NCBI GenBank assembly: GCA_002633005.1
Contig: NMRA01000015.1
Location: forward strand, 1,174,218 to 1,238,217
Length of the DNA stretch: 64,000 nucleotides
Direction: 5' to 3'
DNA from: Phoronis australis
Taxonomy: Eukaryota > Animalia > Phoronida
A model generated the notes under the pieces. That model was not told the origin of the DNA, made no database searches, and saw only the letters and a list, made by a program, of their open reading frames with translations. The translations under genes and the position numbers were made by a program. Shown one piece after another: positions 36,501 to 51,500 of the stretch; within the stretch, counting starts at the first letter, position 1; every line of letters starts with the position of its first letter.

Positions 36501-39500
36501 CTGGTTGCACATCTAGGACTCATTGTGGGTTTTAGTTTTCATTCACCAGGTATGGTTGCGATGTGATTTATCAAAAATAATTACTTTTCCATGTGTTATT
36601 TTGGCAACAATGTTTTTATTTTTTGACTCATAGTGTCAAGGTATGCAAAGAAACAGTTATGCAGTGGCCTTGATAACTCTTTCAAACCCTGTGCTTCAGT
36701 TTATAGTTTGTATCGGCGTTTTATCTTATCTTTATACATTAAATTAAATTCCTCTGGTTATTTTTAAAAATAGTGAATACAAACATATCTTAAATTAGTA
36801 ATGGACTGTTAATTATATGTATTGTATTGACAGGCACCAATGGCTAGAAATAATACAGTCAAGTACTGTGAGTTTCTGGATAAGTTTTTTGGTATGAACG
36901 CAACGTGGTCAAGCGCTACACACAAGTAAGTAAGAGTGAAATACCTGTGTGATAAATGTTTTGAAATATCAATATGTGAATCTCAGGCACACTCATGGTA
37001 AAATGATAACTTTTTTGAATGATTGTCCTTGTTATAGTGAGACCTGCTTGGGTGCGGGGTCTGATCTCTGTACTCAAAACTCGACTCAAAGATTGAGTAC
37101 TCTAATCATACAATCGCGTGATTGGTTAGTTTTGAGTCTGAGTCAAGCCTGTATTCGAAGTTGAGTTCCCTGATTCTGGGGATTTTTTAATGCACACTAA
37201 TTACCTTATTGTTTTTAGATATGCTCAAAACAATCAGCCACCCAAAGAAATGAACATTGACACGGTGGAGAAAATGCTGCGTGAAAAACTGACGAAGCAT
37301 CTGAAGGACGTGCTGCGATCACTGCATCTTTACGACTATAATAGGGACGGAAAGATTCAGCGGCATGACTTCCGCAAAGTGTTGGAAAACCATGCGTTCA
37401 AAATGAATGACTTTCAGTTTGACAGGTAAGACATTGTTCGTTTTAATTGATTGTCTTGTAGTCTTTAAACTCTGTCACAACTAGTGTTATTCGTCACATA
37501 ACACCAATCAATTGTTTTAAACAGGTGCAATTGACTTAAAAGTATGATACAGCGCTCTCTCACTATTACGTTTTTTGCATGATATCATCTTGATGTTATG
37601 TACAGTAAAATTTGACCAACGTCGAACAACAATAATTCCCATAATTAATCGTTTTTATTTTCTGTCAGTGACTTCTAGCGTTGTTGCGAGTCTGCACAAT
37701 TTTTAACAAAATATTACTTTGGTACTACTTATCATTTATGAACAAATGAGAAAATGCAATTTCACTTGTCTGCAGTATATTGTGTCCTCAAATAGCAAAT
37801 GAACTTTTCCTGAGTAACAGAAAATAATAATTATGTGCAAAGAAAAGTGGAGCTTGTAAATAATAAATTGATCTTTTCTGAAAATCACAGAGCCCGATTT
37901 TCCTTTTTTTAAGGTAACATAATTAATGATAACCCTTATTAAACCATTCATAAACTCAGTCCATCTTCACCTGTAATTTGTGATATATATATCATGTTGA
38001 GTATCAAACTGAGGGCTGTTTTGAACCTGGCTTACACGCAGAAAATGCTTCAAATCATATCCCAGTGATGATTCATTCATTTAATGTCAGTGATACATTG
38101 ACCCTTTCACCTGTTGATTATGCTGCAGCTAATTATAATTTATGCTTTCCCGTGTTTCAGAATCTGGCAGAGATTCGACTACCATCATGCCGGTGTATTA
38201 GACTACAAAGACTTTCTCTATAAAATTGGAGTGAGCACATTAAAAAATCCACCGCCAAACAATCACCGTAAGCTTCATTAATACTTCATTTATTTCAATT
38301 CAATAAACACATATAAGATGTCACTTGTCAGTCGTGCTACTTAGTTGAAGAATTATAAGAATGTTTTTGATCATTTTCCTTTAAAAATTTTAGGACAGAT
38401 ATTAAAATTTTAGGACTGGATAACAAAATTCTGGGACTGGATAACAAAATTCTAGGACTGTATATTGAAATGTGTTTTTAATTTCCAGTTGTTCTTCATT
38501 ACAGGCGTTCCATGGAGTGCTCAAGCAACACCTCATCCAAATGTTGTGAAACACATGCCAAAGTCTGACATTGATCTCTCCAAAATGACCTTCTTGCAAA
38601 TTGAATTAGAATTTCGTAAGAGGGTAAGTAGGTGATTTTTGTTTTTGCCTGGCAGTCAATGTTATAGAAAGCATCGTTACAATGCAAATAGGACCATTAC
38701 TTCGATACGTGCTTAATCTGTATTATGGACATAAATGTACCAATTGTGCCTTATTCTGGATATAAACTCAGGTACTTAGTTGGTCCATGCATGCGGCCAT
38801 GTAGCCTGGTAAGTGATGATGCATGTGAGATCTGTTCTGATCAGAGCTGCATGCACAGTAGACGTTACATGAAGTCTCAGCTGTTATGCTTTACTAAGAA
38901 TATAATTTTATGGTATCTGCCTTGGCCACAACTGGGAATATTTCTGGTAAACACAATACTGACCTTCTGTCGTGATGCAGTTTTAATAGTGTGTTTGTAA
39001 TTTTCAGATGAGACAGCACTACGCAAGTCTGAAGCGAGGCTTCTTGGCTTTTGACAAGTGCAATGATGGCTTTGTACAACTGGATGACCTGAGGTCTTTG
39101 CTCAATCACTTTATCTTCCCCATGTCTGACCAGTTGTTTGATCAACTCATGGTCAAGTAAGTGGTTTATTAGGCACTGTAAAGTATTTTTTGACAGATAA
39201 CTGCTTGTAATTGTTACATAATTTTGTATTTACATAATTTTCTATTTGCCTAGAAATGCTTGTCTATGATAAATGATGTAAAACAGTATTTTGTCAAGTT
39301 AAATTATAGATATTATAATATCCAAATACACTATATAATTTTACTATGCACTATATATACTGTGTTACATTATTGTGCTATTTACAATACACTATATATA
39401 GTGTGTTACATAATACCCTAATTATACTACACTGTAATTTTACTATAGGCTATATATAGCGTATTACTTTATACCCTAATTATACTATACTGTAATTTTA

Positions 39501-42500
39501 CTATACACTATACATACTGTATTACATCATACCCAATTATATTATATTATATTATGATTTTACTATACACTATATTTACTGTATTACATTATACCATACG
39601 TATATTGTAATTTTATTATGCACTATATATACTATATTACATGATTATACCCAATTACACAATGTCCACAACAGATTGTGTTAACACTAGATTAAGATGG
39701 TCTAGCTTTTTTAATTACAAACAAGCAATATGTTTTATGGGAAGTTTAGGTGCAAGCTGCAAACTGTTCTTTTGAATCTGTGCTTTCGAAATGATATTAT
39801 TTTCTGAGAGTACATTGCAATGTTTGTGCCAAAAGTTTTGTCTGAACATGCATACTGTCTACCTTTACAGGTGTGAAATCAAAGCTACTAAGAAGATCTC
39901 TTGGGAATATTTTCTGGAAAAGTTTCAGGATCCTCTTGGCTCTGGAAATGGCCAGACGATCACCATCAAGCCAGCTCACAAGTGAGTAAACCTAACAGAT
40001 AATTACGTGCAACCCAATGTAGCACTTTGTCAGTTTTCTACACTTGTGAACTTTTGCTTTGAATCTCAGGTGTAGAGTTGTTTTCAGAAGGAAATGTTAG
40101 AATCTTTTCTTGTCAAATGTAGATCAGTCTTGAAAACAAAACATTTCGGACAGCTAATTTTCCAGTGTTTTGTATTATTTTTCCTGATATTTTGACAAAA
40201 CTTGCCTTATTTCGATCAAATTTGATAATTTCAAAAAAATCAATGACTACTACATTCTAACACTTATACAGCCACTTTAATTTCAAACAGAAAAAAATGA
40301 TTTATTTGAAATATTTGTAGTTTTGTTTATGTGCAAGAGAAGCAGATTGTTTTGTACTATTACGTCATAATTATTCATTCAGGATCTTAATGAATATGTT
40401 AATCTATATGTGCGCATGCTCATGTCTGCCTTAATGTTTTAAATATAGATTACCTAGTGAGTTTAAATAATTCATGAACCTAAAATTTCTTGCAGATTTT
40501 TCCCAATTCGTGAAAGCGAAATTTCCCCAGATGCTGAGACTCTGTTGAGTATGCTTGATCGACATATTAAATGTGCCCATGGTTCATTCAAGAACACATT
40601 CTTGCAGTATGACCAGGTTAGTACAACATGTTATTTACAAAATAAATCCAACAATTTGTAATTAACCAAAATTATTTTAGTTGGATTTAATTACCCATGA
40701 ATGACCGCTAAACTCTGTCGGAGTATGAACACAGTAAAGTAACAGCTAAATGATAAAAACACCTAACATACCATGACACAAATGTATGCAAAATTTATAA
40801 AATACACTAAAATGCTTGACATCATATCTGATACTCAGTTTTGTGTTTCACTTTTCAGGCTAGAAAAGGAAAGATTACGAAAAAGGACTTCCGGCGAGTC
40901 ATCGAGCAGTTCAAAATCAAAATCTCCGATGACGAGTTCAATACCCTTATGGCTTATTTAGATCCTTTTGGTACCAACAGTGTGTCTTATCTCAAGTTCC
41001 TGACTTTGTTTGAGCCAAGAGAGACAGAAGAGGGACACAAATGGCTGGACTCCGATCATCGGTTTAACAGTCAGCCCAGACCTGCTGTGTTGGCCTGGGA
41101 AACTGTGAGTTTACATTTATTTATTATAAGTGCATTTTGATTAATTTATTGTTCGTTTCACCAGAAACATACTAGGTGCTCAATATGGAAATCAAGCAAC
41201 ACATTTTGAATGTTAAAGAAAATGTCATTTTATGTGACTGTATAAATGTTTTATCTGTAAGTTAACAAAATCTAAATCATGAACATCTCATTTTATGTTT
41301 AAATTGTGTCTTGCTCAGTCACATTTGCAAGTGATACTCAAAAAGATAGACAAAATGGAAGTTGGAGTAGGCATTAATACATAAATCCAACTTACATCTT
41401 GTTTCAAATAGAAATCCATCTCGTGCAAAACCCATAAGTGCAGTAAAATAAGGGACATAACTCTACTAACTCAACATCTCAAAATAGTTTCAGGAAGAAA
41501 CGTTCACATACATGTAGACTTACAATGCGCAGTTAAAAATAGACTATTCAAGGCATATGCATGACCACTTCCTGGAACATATAGTAATGCCTTCTATGAT
41601 TTTGTAGTATTTACCCACAATTGTTCTTCATTGATGCAACTCCTGTCAGAAGTGTATTATTGGCATTACCTTTAGAAAATTAGATCACTGCGTGCATTCG
41701 TTTTTCTACCTCCGCAGGAGAGCAGAGCTGAATCCGAGATGTTGAGTTATTTCTTTCTCTTTTTGCCAGGTCGAGGACATTTTGCGCGAGAAGATCACTC
41801 TCTACTGGAAACCGTTTAGTGACATGTTAGTCCAGGCGGACCCGGAGAAGACATACATATGTAAACCTAACCAGTTGAGGCGAGCTATTGAGGTGCATTG
41901 TCTCCCCTTGTCTACAGCACACTTTGAACAGTAAGTCATGATGGAATGCTTCTCATGGGGCCGCTTTAGAGTGAAATTGAAAGAACCAAGGTGTATGTGG
42001 TACCATTTTTCTAATTAAGTGTTTACATTAAATGGGGTAGCTGAAATCAACAGATCAGCCATTGTGGTTACTTTAATCTTGCGCACATCTCAACTCCATC
42101 AAGTTTTCTGAGTTATGAAGTTGGGAAAGCATCACACTGAGTGTGGAGTTCCTCTCTAGGTTTGGCTAGTTCATGTTACAAACTAACCTTGCCTGACTTG
42201 TGTTACCGTTGGATGAATTGTATTTTTATTGTAAGTAAACATTCACAGTTCATTTTCAAAACATAAAAATTGGCCCATGAAAGTTTCAACTTGTGCTTAG
42301 TTTTAATCCAGTTAATTAAGTCTTCCAGCGTACTGTCCAAAAACTCCTGGCTCACAAATAAAATATGAATCTGCTGCCAGCCTAATCATATGGAGGAGAA
42401 TAAATATAGGACAACCTTAAGTAACCTATCTGCTGATGACTCACGTTTCACACACATTTTGAGTTTCAATGTTTTCACCTAATATGCTCAGTAATTAAGA

Positions 42501-45500
42501 AACTAGGTAGTGACATAATGACACTGATTAAGATCTGACATTTATTATTTTCAGAATGGTATCCCGTTGTGAGAAGCACGCTGATGGGAATGTTAACTAT
42601 GTTGAGTTCTTGGAGAAACTTGGTATTGACGTCAAACCAGGCGACGTGATTGGTTTAAGCACACAGATCCATGCCTTGAGCGAAGCCATGGAGAATGAAC
42701 GCTCAGCAGATCTGGCTATAAGGTAACTTTCATGCAAACTATCAACATTAATCCTGAACTTCATACTTATGATAGGAGCTGTTCTCGTATTATTTTCTAT
42801 ATGTCAGACAGAAACTCTTGGTGTAAACACAGCTTTTTTCTAACATGTTTTAAGATAGATATTACAAGAACTTCCAGTTTCCTTCTTGACTGTAGTGATA
42901 AACAGGTCAGAATTACAATTTAAAATAAAGCGAAGAGTGCACAAAATACAGTTCAATGTCTTTGTTAAAGTTGAATCTCGTTTTTATCTTCTTCTAGTGT
43001 CTTCTAATGCATCATTCTGTTTGAGTATTTAATTGTAGTAAAATAATTGGATAGCAAAATGGAGGTTGGGTGACATTTTCATCATTATGGCTGTACAAAC
43101 ATCCCTTTCATATGGAAAATTTGTTTAATTTGTTTTTCAGGCAGCACAGAAATAAAGAGCTGATATTAAATCGCACTGACACAATGAGTCCAGATGAAGT
43201 GATAGTGAGGCTGCGGGACAGGATGTCCCAGCATTCAATGGGAATTAGAAAGGCGTTCCTGTTTTATGCGCGTAACAAGAATGGGAAATTGTACAAGAAG
43301 CCCTTTAGACAGGTAGGATGTGTGCTGAATGTAATCATATTTTTATTTTTGTTGACATTTTTGTCTGGACTTGGGGGTTTTGATGATAGTAGTGACGTGC
43401 TATGCAGCCATGGTGTGAGCTTTGTTGCACCTTCAAAGTGGTTGTACTTTAGTTGAGTTGAAATAAATGGTGCTCTGGATTCTCTTGAACAAACTTTTAC
43501 AGACCACAAGAAACTTTCTGACAAAATGGAGTTTCAGGTGTCAGCTGCAAAATTATGATCAACTTAGTCTGAAGTAGTTCAGGGTGTTGAAATTAAAAGA
43601 GATATAGATATTGAAAAGCGTAACCAATAGATTTTGTCTGGTGAAGAAAGAGGGTATGCCTTCATATTGTTGGTCATCTACTTGTTGTCTCTTGATGTTT
43701 ATTTTCTTAATATTAAACTGCAAATTCAATGTTTCAGATTATGGCAGACCATGGAATACATCTGTCAGATGATAAATTTGACGAACTCTGCACCACACTT
43801 GGATTTGTAAATGGCTCTATGACCTATACTGATTTTGTGGCCCACTTTGATAATCCTCGTAGGGAAGATAGAGCAGAAGAGACCGTCCGCACTTGCAACC
43901 ATCGTGTCAATCCAATACGTGGGGATGAAGTGGGTATGACTGCTGAACAAGTGGCCAGTAAACTACAGAGCAAGCTAAGAGAAGGATTTGAGGTGTGTTG
44001 ATTCAGGTTGATCTCTTTGTATCATGACAGGTGTCTTCTAATGAAGCGTCCATACTTGTCCCAGTGTTTGTCGCTTATAATCATATGCGCATATATTAAA
44101 CAGATGGTCTTTTTAATTACTTGTGGTAAAGTTCATTTAAATTCAAACACGTACTTATCTGATAATTCCGATATATCAGGTTCGATACAACTTATGATAT
44201 TGGTAGTTATATTTTGTTGTAAAAATTGTCATCTAGACAAGTGGTGTGAGATACAAAAAGCAACTAGTGACTCAAATTGAGAAAGTTACCATCTGGCAGA
44301 GTTGTATTGAGGTCTGACATATTGGCAAAAATCTAGCATTTTAATGTATTGGTGCTGAGATGTTTACGGGATTTAATAACAATATATGTTCCACTCTGAT
44401 TGACTTAATAAAAATATCATTTGTCAATTCCCTGAGTAGTTGTGAACTTAGGACTTGAATTGTGGTTTTTATACATCCAAGAACTGACAATTAAGATATT
44501 CAAACAGTCAACTGATTTCACTAAATAAATACTGACCGTGTTGCTTTTTGTCTGTTCAGAACCTGCGTGGTGCCTTCTACAAGTTCGACGACAATCACAA
44601 AGGCATTCTGACCAAGTCTAAGTTCCGTCGGCTCTTGGATGCATTCATGTTCATCATGTCCAATCAGGAGTTTGAGCGGCTTTGTAAGATGATGGGCATC
44701 GACAAATCAACGCGTATCAGCTACCTGGACTTTATCAATGCCTTTGAAATGCGAGACTCTGCAGAAGGTTTTAAGTGGATATCAGATCACAAGTAAGTTT
44801 TCATTTTTTGTCATAATTTGTCTGTTTTTTTGAAATACGTTGTGTCGTGCCATGCGTGTGAACATGGATGGAGTTCTTGAAAAGGTGCTGTTTTTCAGTT
44901 GTTTATTTATTTTTCACATAGTATAGCTTTAAGGAATACGATGCCTGCTGTAAAATATCATATAAGATTGAAGTGGGTAACTGTTATCTTTAAGCCATGT
45001 AGCTTATAAGAAAATCGTTAAGGAATTTAGTATTATTAAATGTTTTATCTATTGTCAAAGTGATACAGGGTTTTTTCTTCTCTTACCACTAATTCTATAT
45101 TATCATTCCCTATCTCTTCTAGGTACAATGAGGTGAAGCCAGTGCCCCCTATGAGCGCTGAGCATGTGCACAAGGTACTGTGCGAGAAGACCCACCGCCA
45201 GTGGAAGGACCTGTCTACAGCCTTCATCACTATGGATGGCAACCAACGAGGAAAAATTACCAAGAGGAACCTCCGTGAGGTTCTCAATAAGTTCCTCATT
45301 CCTGTCACGAAGGAAGAATTTGCTAAACTATGGGCCTTGTGAGTACTCAAGTTATTTTTAACTTAAAAGTCATATTTCTAGTGCGATACCGAATTGCTCA
45401 TGGTTACTGCACCAATACTGTAGCTTTCTGCTTTTTCTCATTGATAACGGCCATGGCTAATTTTGCAAACTTCATTCTTGTGGTGTTGGTTTGTGATCCA

Positions 45501-48500
45501 GATGTCGTGTTTTATAAAAATTTGCTGGCTATATAGGTGATTATGTGTGCCTGTAAGTACAAGCTAAGACAATGTATTTAAAATGGTTTAACATGGGCCA
45601 ATTACCAAACCACCTGGCAGCAGTTGGATTTCAATGGATTTCAAGGCAAAAAGTGTCATTGTACTATTCTTGGTATGGAATAGTCACATCACTGTATTTT
45701 GAACAGATGTTAGTAAAATTGTCTCTCATTTCAGCTATGATGAAGGTCAGAAAGGATTCATCAGCCATGCAGATTTCTTAGAAAAGTTGAGTGCTGAATT
45801 TTTCACACCTGGTGATCAAACTGGTGTCTCGCGAAAGTTGATTGACCAGAGTTATCTCACCCTGGAAGACCACCACAGAGAGCAGCAGGAAAGACAGGAG
45901 CGGATAACTCTCAACCAGGCATACAAGACCAACCATTTGTCTGTGGCTGAAGTGGAACAAGATTTGAAGTAAGTACTTGTTTGTGTTGATCTGTGTTATG
46001 TTTAAACACTTAAATGGAATCTGAAATGGGATCACCATGAGACATTCAATCTACTTTCTGAAAGTCAGTGTTTACAAAAGATGACAAACTATTTTATTAA
46101 TTTTGTTCCCAATTAGTCACATGTTTCTAATTTACTGCCATATAATGAGAGTATAATTTCTGAAACATTGAGAGTAATGTTGTACTTTACTTATTTTAGC
46201 AACGGATTTACTGTACAGCTGTTGAATTCAATATTACAGGGATTCACTGTACAGCTATTGAAGTCAATATTACAGAGATTCACTGTACAATTATTGAAGT
46301 CAATATTACAGGGATTCACTGTACAACTATTGAAGTCAATATTACAGGAATTCACTGTACAGCTATAATTGAAGTCATTATTACAGAGATTCACTGTACA
46401 GTTATTGAAGTCAATATTACAGGGATTCACTGTACAGCTATTGAAGTCAATATTACAGGGATTCACTGTACAGATATAATTGAAGTCATTATTACAGGGA
46501 TTCACTATACAGTTATTGAAGTCAATATTACAGGGATTCATTGTACAGCTATTGAAGTCAATATTACAGGGATTTACAGTCTATATCATAACATTACAAT
46601 ATTACAAAAACTTAAAAAAACTTTTTTTGATACTAGGTCATCCTTTGTAAATGATAGGGAATGATAATCTTCATTTCATTTTTGTGAATATTAGTTTTGT
46701 TAATAGTTTGATTATCAATTACTATTGCCATCCTTGTATTTTTAGAGACAAAATTCGTGAAAACTACGACCACTTCTACACAGCATTCAGGAAGTACGAC
46801 ACCAACAAAGATGGCTACATTTCTGTCGCTGAATTCCAAAAAGTTCTTGTGGATCTCAACTATTTCTTAGATGATGATCAGTATTTCACACTTATGGACA
46901 GGTAAACAGAACGGAGTGCTTGAGTCTGCAGATTTGTGGATAATAGTCATCTACAGGGACACCGGATTTTGAGAACCAGTTTGATACCTGTTATTCAGTG
47001 GAGTAAACTGGTTCTCAAAATGTGAGATACCAGTAAGTGACTATTATGACTTGTATACTAATTTGAAGAGGGGCTAAGGATGGTATATTGAGATAGTCAC
47101 TCTTCTGACACAACTTTTAACAAGTGCATAACAAACATTTTTACTGATTACCATGAGTGACAATTTTCTGTTGTTGGTATATCTACCCATGAAAGAGTTG
47201 TCATGCATTCTGTTGGCATCACATCCATGGCTTTGCTATGCTGTCACTTCTGTTGAACATAAATTTGGTTGGACTCAGCAGAGATGTTATCCAGTAAAAT
47301 CTCATTAATATTGGATAAAAATAATTTCTGTAAATGATCGTTTTTTGTTCTTCAAAGACATCTAGCATTGTTGAGAGTGCTTGTTGAGAATGCTTGTTGA
47401 GAATGCTTGTTGAGAATGCTTGTTGAGAATATGCTTGTTGAGAATATGCTTGTTGAGAATGCTCACAATTTCTTAGAACTCTATTGGTATCTATGATTAT
47501 ACAACCGAAGATTGTCGAAGATTTCTGAAAATTTTTGAAAAATAAAATTTCACTTGTCTGCCATGCTGCATCCTATATTGGTGAGATTTTTCAAAAATGA
47601 AGTTTACGTGCATTGGTACCTCTCTTTGGTTTTCTAAAATTTCACTTTTTAAAAGTACGTTAAAAATTCCACGGATCAATACCACATCCTTAATTCAATT
47701 CTTCTGTGTTGCGGAAGTAGGAAAATACATTGTGTGATTGACCCATAGGTAGAGCCACCAACACACCTCTGACATATGAGTCATGTGAATAACTATCAAT
47801 ATATCTCCATTCAGCTTTTCTGGTTATTTTTGTCAGCACTGCAGCTCATTATGAAACATTGGAACTTTAGAATGAAGAATGTTGAACCAATTTTAATGTA
47901 AAATAGTGATTATCATGGCAGTAGTGCATGTAATCTACTGACGCATTGTGGGTAAATACCACCGTCATAGAGGGCGCTGTGCTCCTTCTTGGTGTTTTAT
48001 ATTGATTTGTTTGCAAGATGATCAAAGAAAACAATTAATCAAAAATGTTAGATGAATTAAGAGTCCATTAAAAGTTGTGATCTGCTATGCTTTACATAGC
48101 AATTGCTTGCCTCTGAATATTGGATCTTATCTTAAGTTGAATATGTCTAGTGGATGAATTTATTTTATGACTGTCATTTAATGTGTGCCGTGAAATATTT
48201 TTGATGCTGTTTTTGAAAGAACTAAAGTTATGCATTGAAAACATGTTGAGTGGTATTTGAGGAATTCTAACACTGTCTCTGATCTACTTTTGTTGTCAGC
48301 TTTGTCCTGGAATTAGTAAGATTTTATTTATTTGCACATGTGCTGAGAGTTTTATGATGTAATGTATGACTGCCAATTCCCTTTTTATGGCCTCAACTTA
48401 TAATCCCATATCATACAGGAGATACTTACACCATTAAGTATATTTAACACACGTCATTTCCATGCCTGTCTACCTTAATTGCGCTGACTTAATCCTGTAT

Positions 48501-51500
48501 AGTGATTCCATGTTGGGAACCAGTAAACACTTTATTTGCTCCTTTTTATTCCTTTTTTGCCTCACAGTTTAGAACATCTCAGTTTGGGTTGTTTATTGTG
48601 CAGTGGAACTTGGCTTAAATATACTGTTGACCTTGACCCAGGTGCCTGACACGGCAGTAATGAGCACATTGCTAAACCTCTTATCACACTATTGCTCTAC
48701 AAGCGAGTGAAGTATAGAATTTATTTTCTCAGTACTATTTTGCTTTAATTCTGTTACTGTATGTCATTCCGTTGCATCTAATGACTTTGATTGGCTCCAT
48801 GTGTGCATTCGGAATGTCTGGTTTTGTTTCTTTTTGCACTTTTTCAATTTGCAGTGTTTTTAACGTATTGCGAGAGCCTGATAATTTTCTATTGTTGATA
48901 AATATATTGTGTACGTATATGTAGTTAAGCACTTTGTTGCATATATATTGCTGTTAAAATGACCACTTCTGACTAGCTGCACGCTAATATTTTTTCTGCC
49001 AATTTTATAATTTCACTAAAATTATTTTAGAGTAGTATATCATGTTTTGTCGTGAATCCTAATGATTGATCTTGAATATTTAAGGAATGTGAATATTTAA
49101 AGAATGCACCCCAAATGAAGTCCTTGTAATAACATGACAGTAATTAAATCTTAATTTTATGCTTCACCCAGTTGTTAAGCATGAAACATTCTTTAGTCTG
49201 ACCTTATGCATACAAAGCCTACATGGGTAGTATTAATGCTGTACCATGTTTAACATTGAAACACTACATCAAGTGTGCCATAGCCTGGTCATTGTACCAG
49301 TCTAATGCCTATTCAAATAAAGTTTATCTCCAACACATAAAACCTCCTTTTGAATGGCTGTTGCTAGGCGCCCAACTCAAACAGTGCAGCCTCCATGTGA
49401 GTTAGGTATCTGCTTGTGGGTAAATCTAGTCTTCCTCACATATTCACAGGGTTGGATTGGTTGAGGACAATAGCAGGCTCTCTTATGAGAAGTTTCTGAA
49501 AGCATTCCAAGAGGGGAGGAAAGACAATTATCCTCCTAAGCCAGCTGACGTTAAGTTAGAGTCATTTGACCATCTAACTCCTGAGAAGGCCGTGAAGAAG
49601 TTTGAAGAAAAACTTGCAAATCAAGTTCAGCCATTTAGTCAGGTAGGTTAACTCTTGTGCTCATTATTAAATCGTCAAATTGTGTTCCTCAAATGGGCAT
49701 AATGGACTGTTTGATTGATATCCAGAATTTGCAAAGTCACATGATGTCACCTGCTTTAGTTCTGTGGAGTTAATTGGTAATTTAATGCCTTGTCTTCTCA
49801 TGACTGATTGATTTTCTATGGAATTATTGGGTTATAAGTACCTACCTATAGCTGTGATTTATTGGCTGCTATGGTAGGGATTAGGGATGTGGTAGTGCTT
49901 TAAGGATGACTGTGAGCTGTGTTCCATGGATTCATTGGGAAAACAAAAAACTATTTGTCAAAAATGGATGATATTTGAGATGTGTGCTCTTGGCAAGTGT
50001 CGGTGGCATCATTTGTTGACCTAGCTATTGTTGCTGTATGGTTGTTATTGTCCCGGGGGTTTACTCCTAGTAGAAGAGGTACATACAGCTCAGAAGGGGG
50101 ACCAGTTTCCCTATGTAGGAGTAGGGCCTGCCTTTTCCAACAATTTTCTTCTTCAAGTTGTCAGTCATTTGTCATGACTTGGAAGCAAGATGACTTTACT
50201 TGTCTGAGTTTACATGTTATTTGATGATCAGTCAGTGTAATGCTTGTATATTGTACATTTCACCCTCAGTTTTTAAAATTTTTAATTAGTACTGGTACCA
50301 TACTTTGCTTCAACTAATTTGCATTAAATTTCTTACAAACAATTAGTGTCAAGATTGTTGATTTTATTTCCACATTATGCTTTCTGCAGGTACTTGCAGC
50401 CTTTGACAAAGACAACAGCGGATTTATAAAAGTTGAAGATTTCCGTCGAGTTGTTGACAGCTTCTGTTTTATCATGTCAGACGCTCAGTTTAAACACATG
50501 CTGAGTCGGCTAGGAGTCGGCGGAAACAGCATGGTCAACTATCCTAATGTGATTGAACACTTAGGCCGAGGACCAGATATGGTGAGTATGGGACGTATGT
50601 TGAACTTAAATATTATTGATGTTCTAGAAGTGAAGGCTTTCAAGTCTGAATACACTTGTTTAAGTGTGTTTTGCTATTCAAGTTGCATAGATATACATAA
50701 CTGTTAAATATTCCTGCAGTTTTGACGCTTTTAACCTTCTTACCTTTTTCTGTTTTCAATTTGTGTTAACCAAGCTTTCTCTTAAAGGGGCGATCAAAAC
50801 CTGTCCTTTCAGTCAAAAACCAACTTTTGATTCAGGCCACTCACTTGCCATAAAATCAGCTTCATCATGCTCCTTTCTCAGATCAGAAATGATTTCAATG
50901 GTTGAGGCGACCTAAGAGGTCATTAGTGCTTCATACCAGGTCCATTGTAAGTTTGCTTGTCATGGCCTGGTTGCACTGGGCAGTGTGGTCATTGGGAGAA
51001 GTTCAAGCAATTTCTTATTACTGAGTTTAATTCAAACAAAAGATAACAACGCGGTGTCGTTATTTTGAAAAACGAGTACGCCTGTGAAGATATTTATGTT
51101 CTTTAAACACTGGTTCTTGGTTAACTTTATAACTGTATTGGTGTTTTTTTCAATGACATTTTATTTAAAGTGATATGATGAGGAACTTAAACAAGTTTAC
51201 TGCCAAGTTCATTTTCTGTCATTATATTAAGATGTTTACCTTCTTATCTCTTATTTTTCAACGTGTAATCTTCGTTATAGATGATGATCGACAATATTCT
51301 GGACACTGTTCTTCTGTGTGTGCGTACTTACTATGAACTTTCTTACTAACATCTTACAATAACCATATTTGTGATATTTGTTGGTAATTTTTCTATTTTG
51401 CTCACCATTTCAATGCAAATGATTGTACTCCATTGTTGCTACATATTTCATGTCACTTGATGAAAACTAATTGTACCAAAGTAGTACACTTTGAAAATAG

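Noticed and set aside
46168-46541. ORFs with repeated NPCNIDFN / FTVQLLKSILQG peptides
   Set aside because: Translations of a 36-bp intronic minisatellite.
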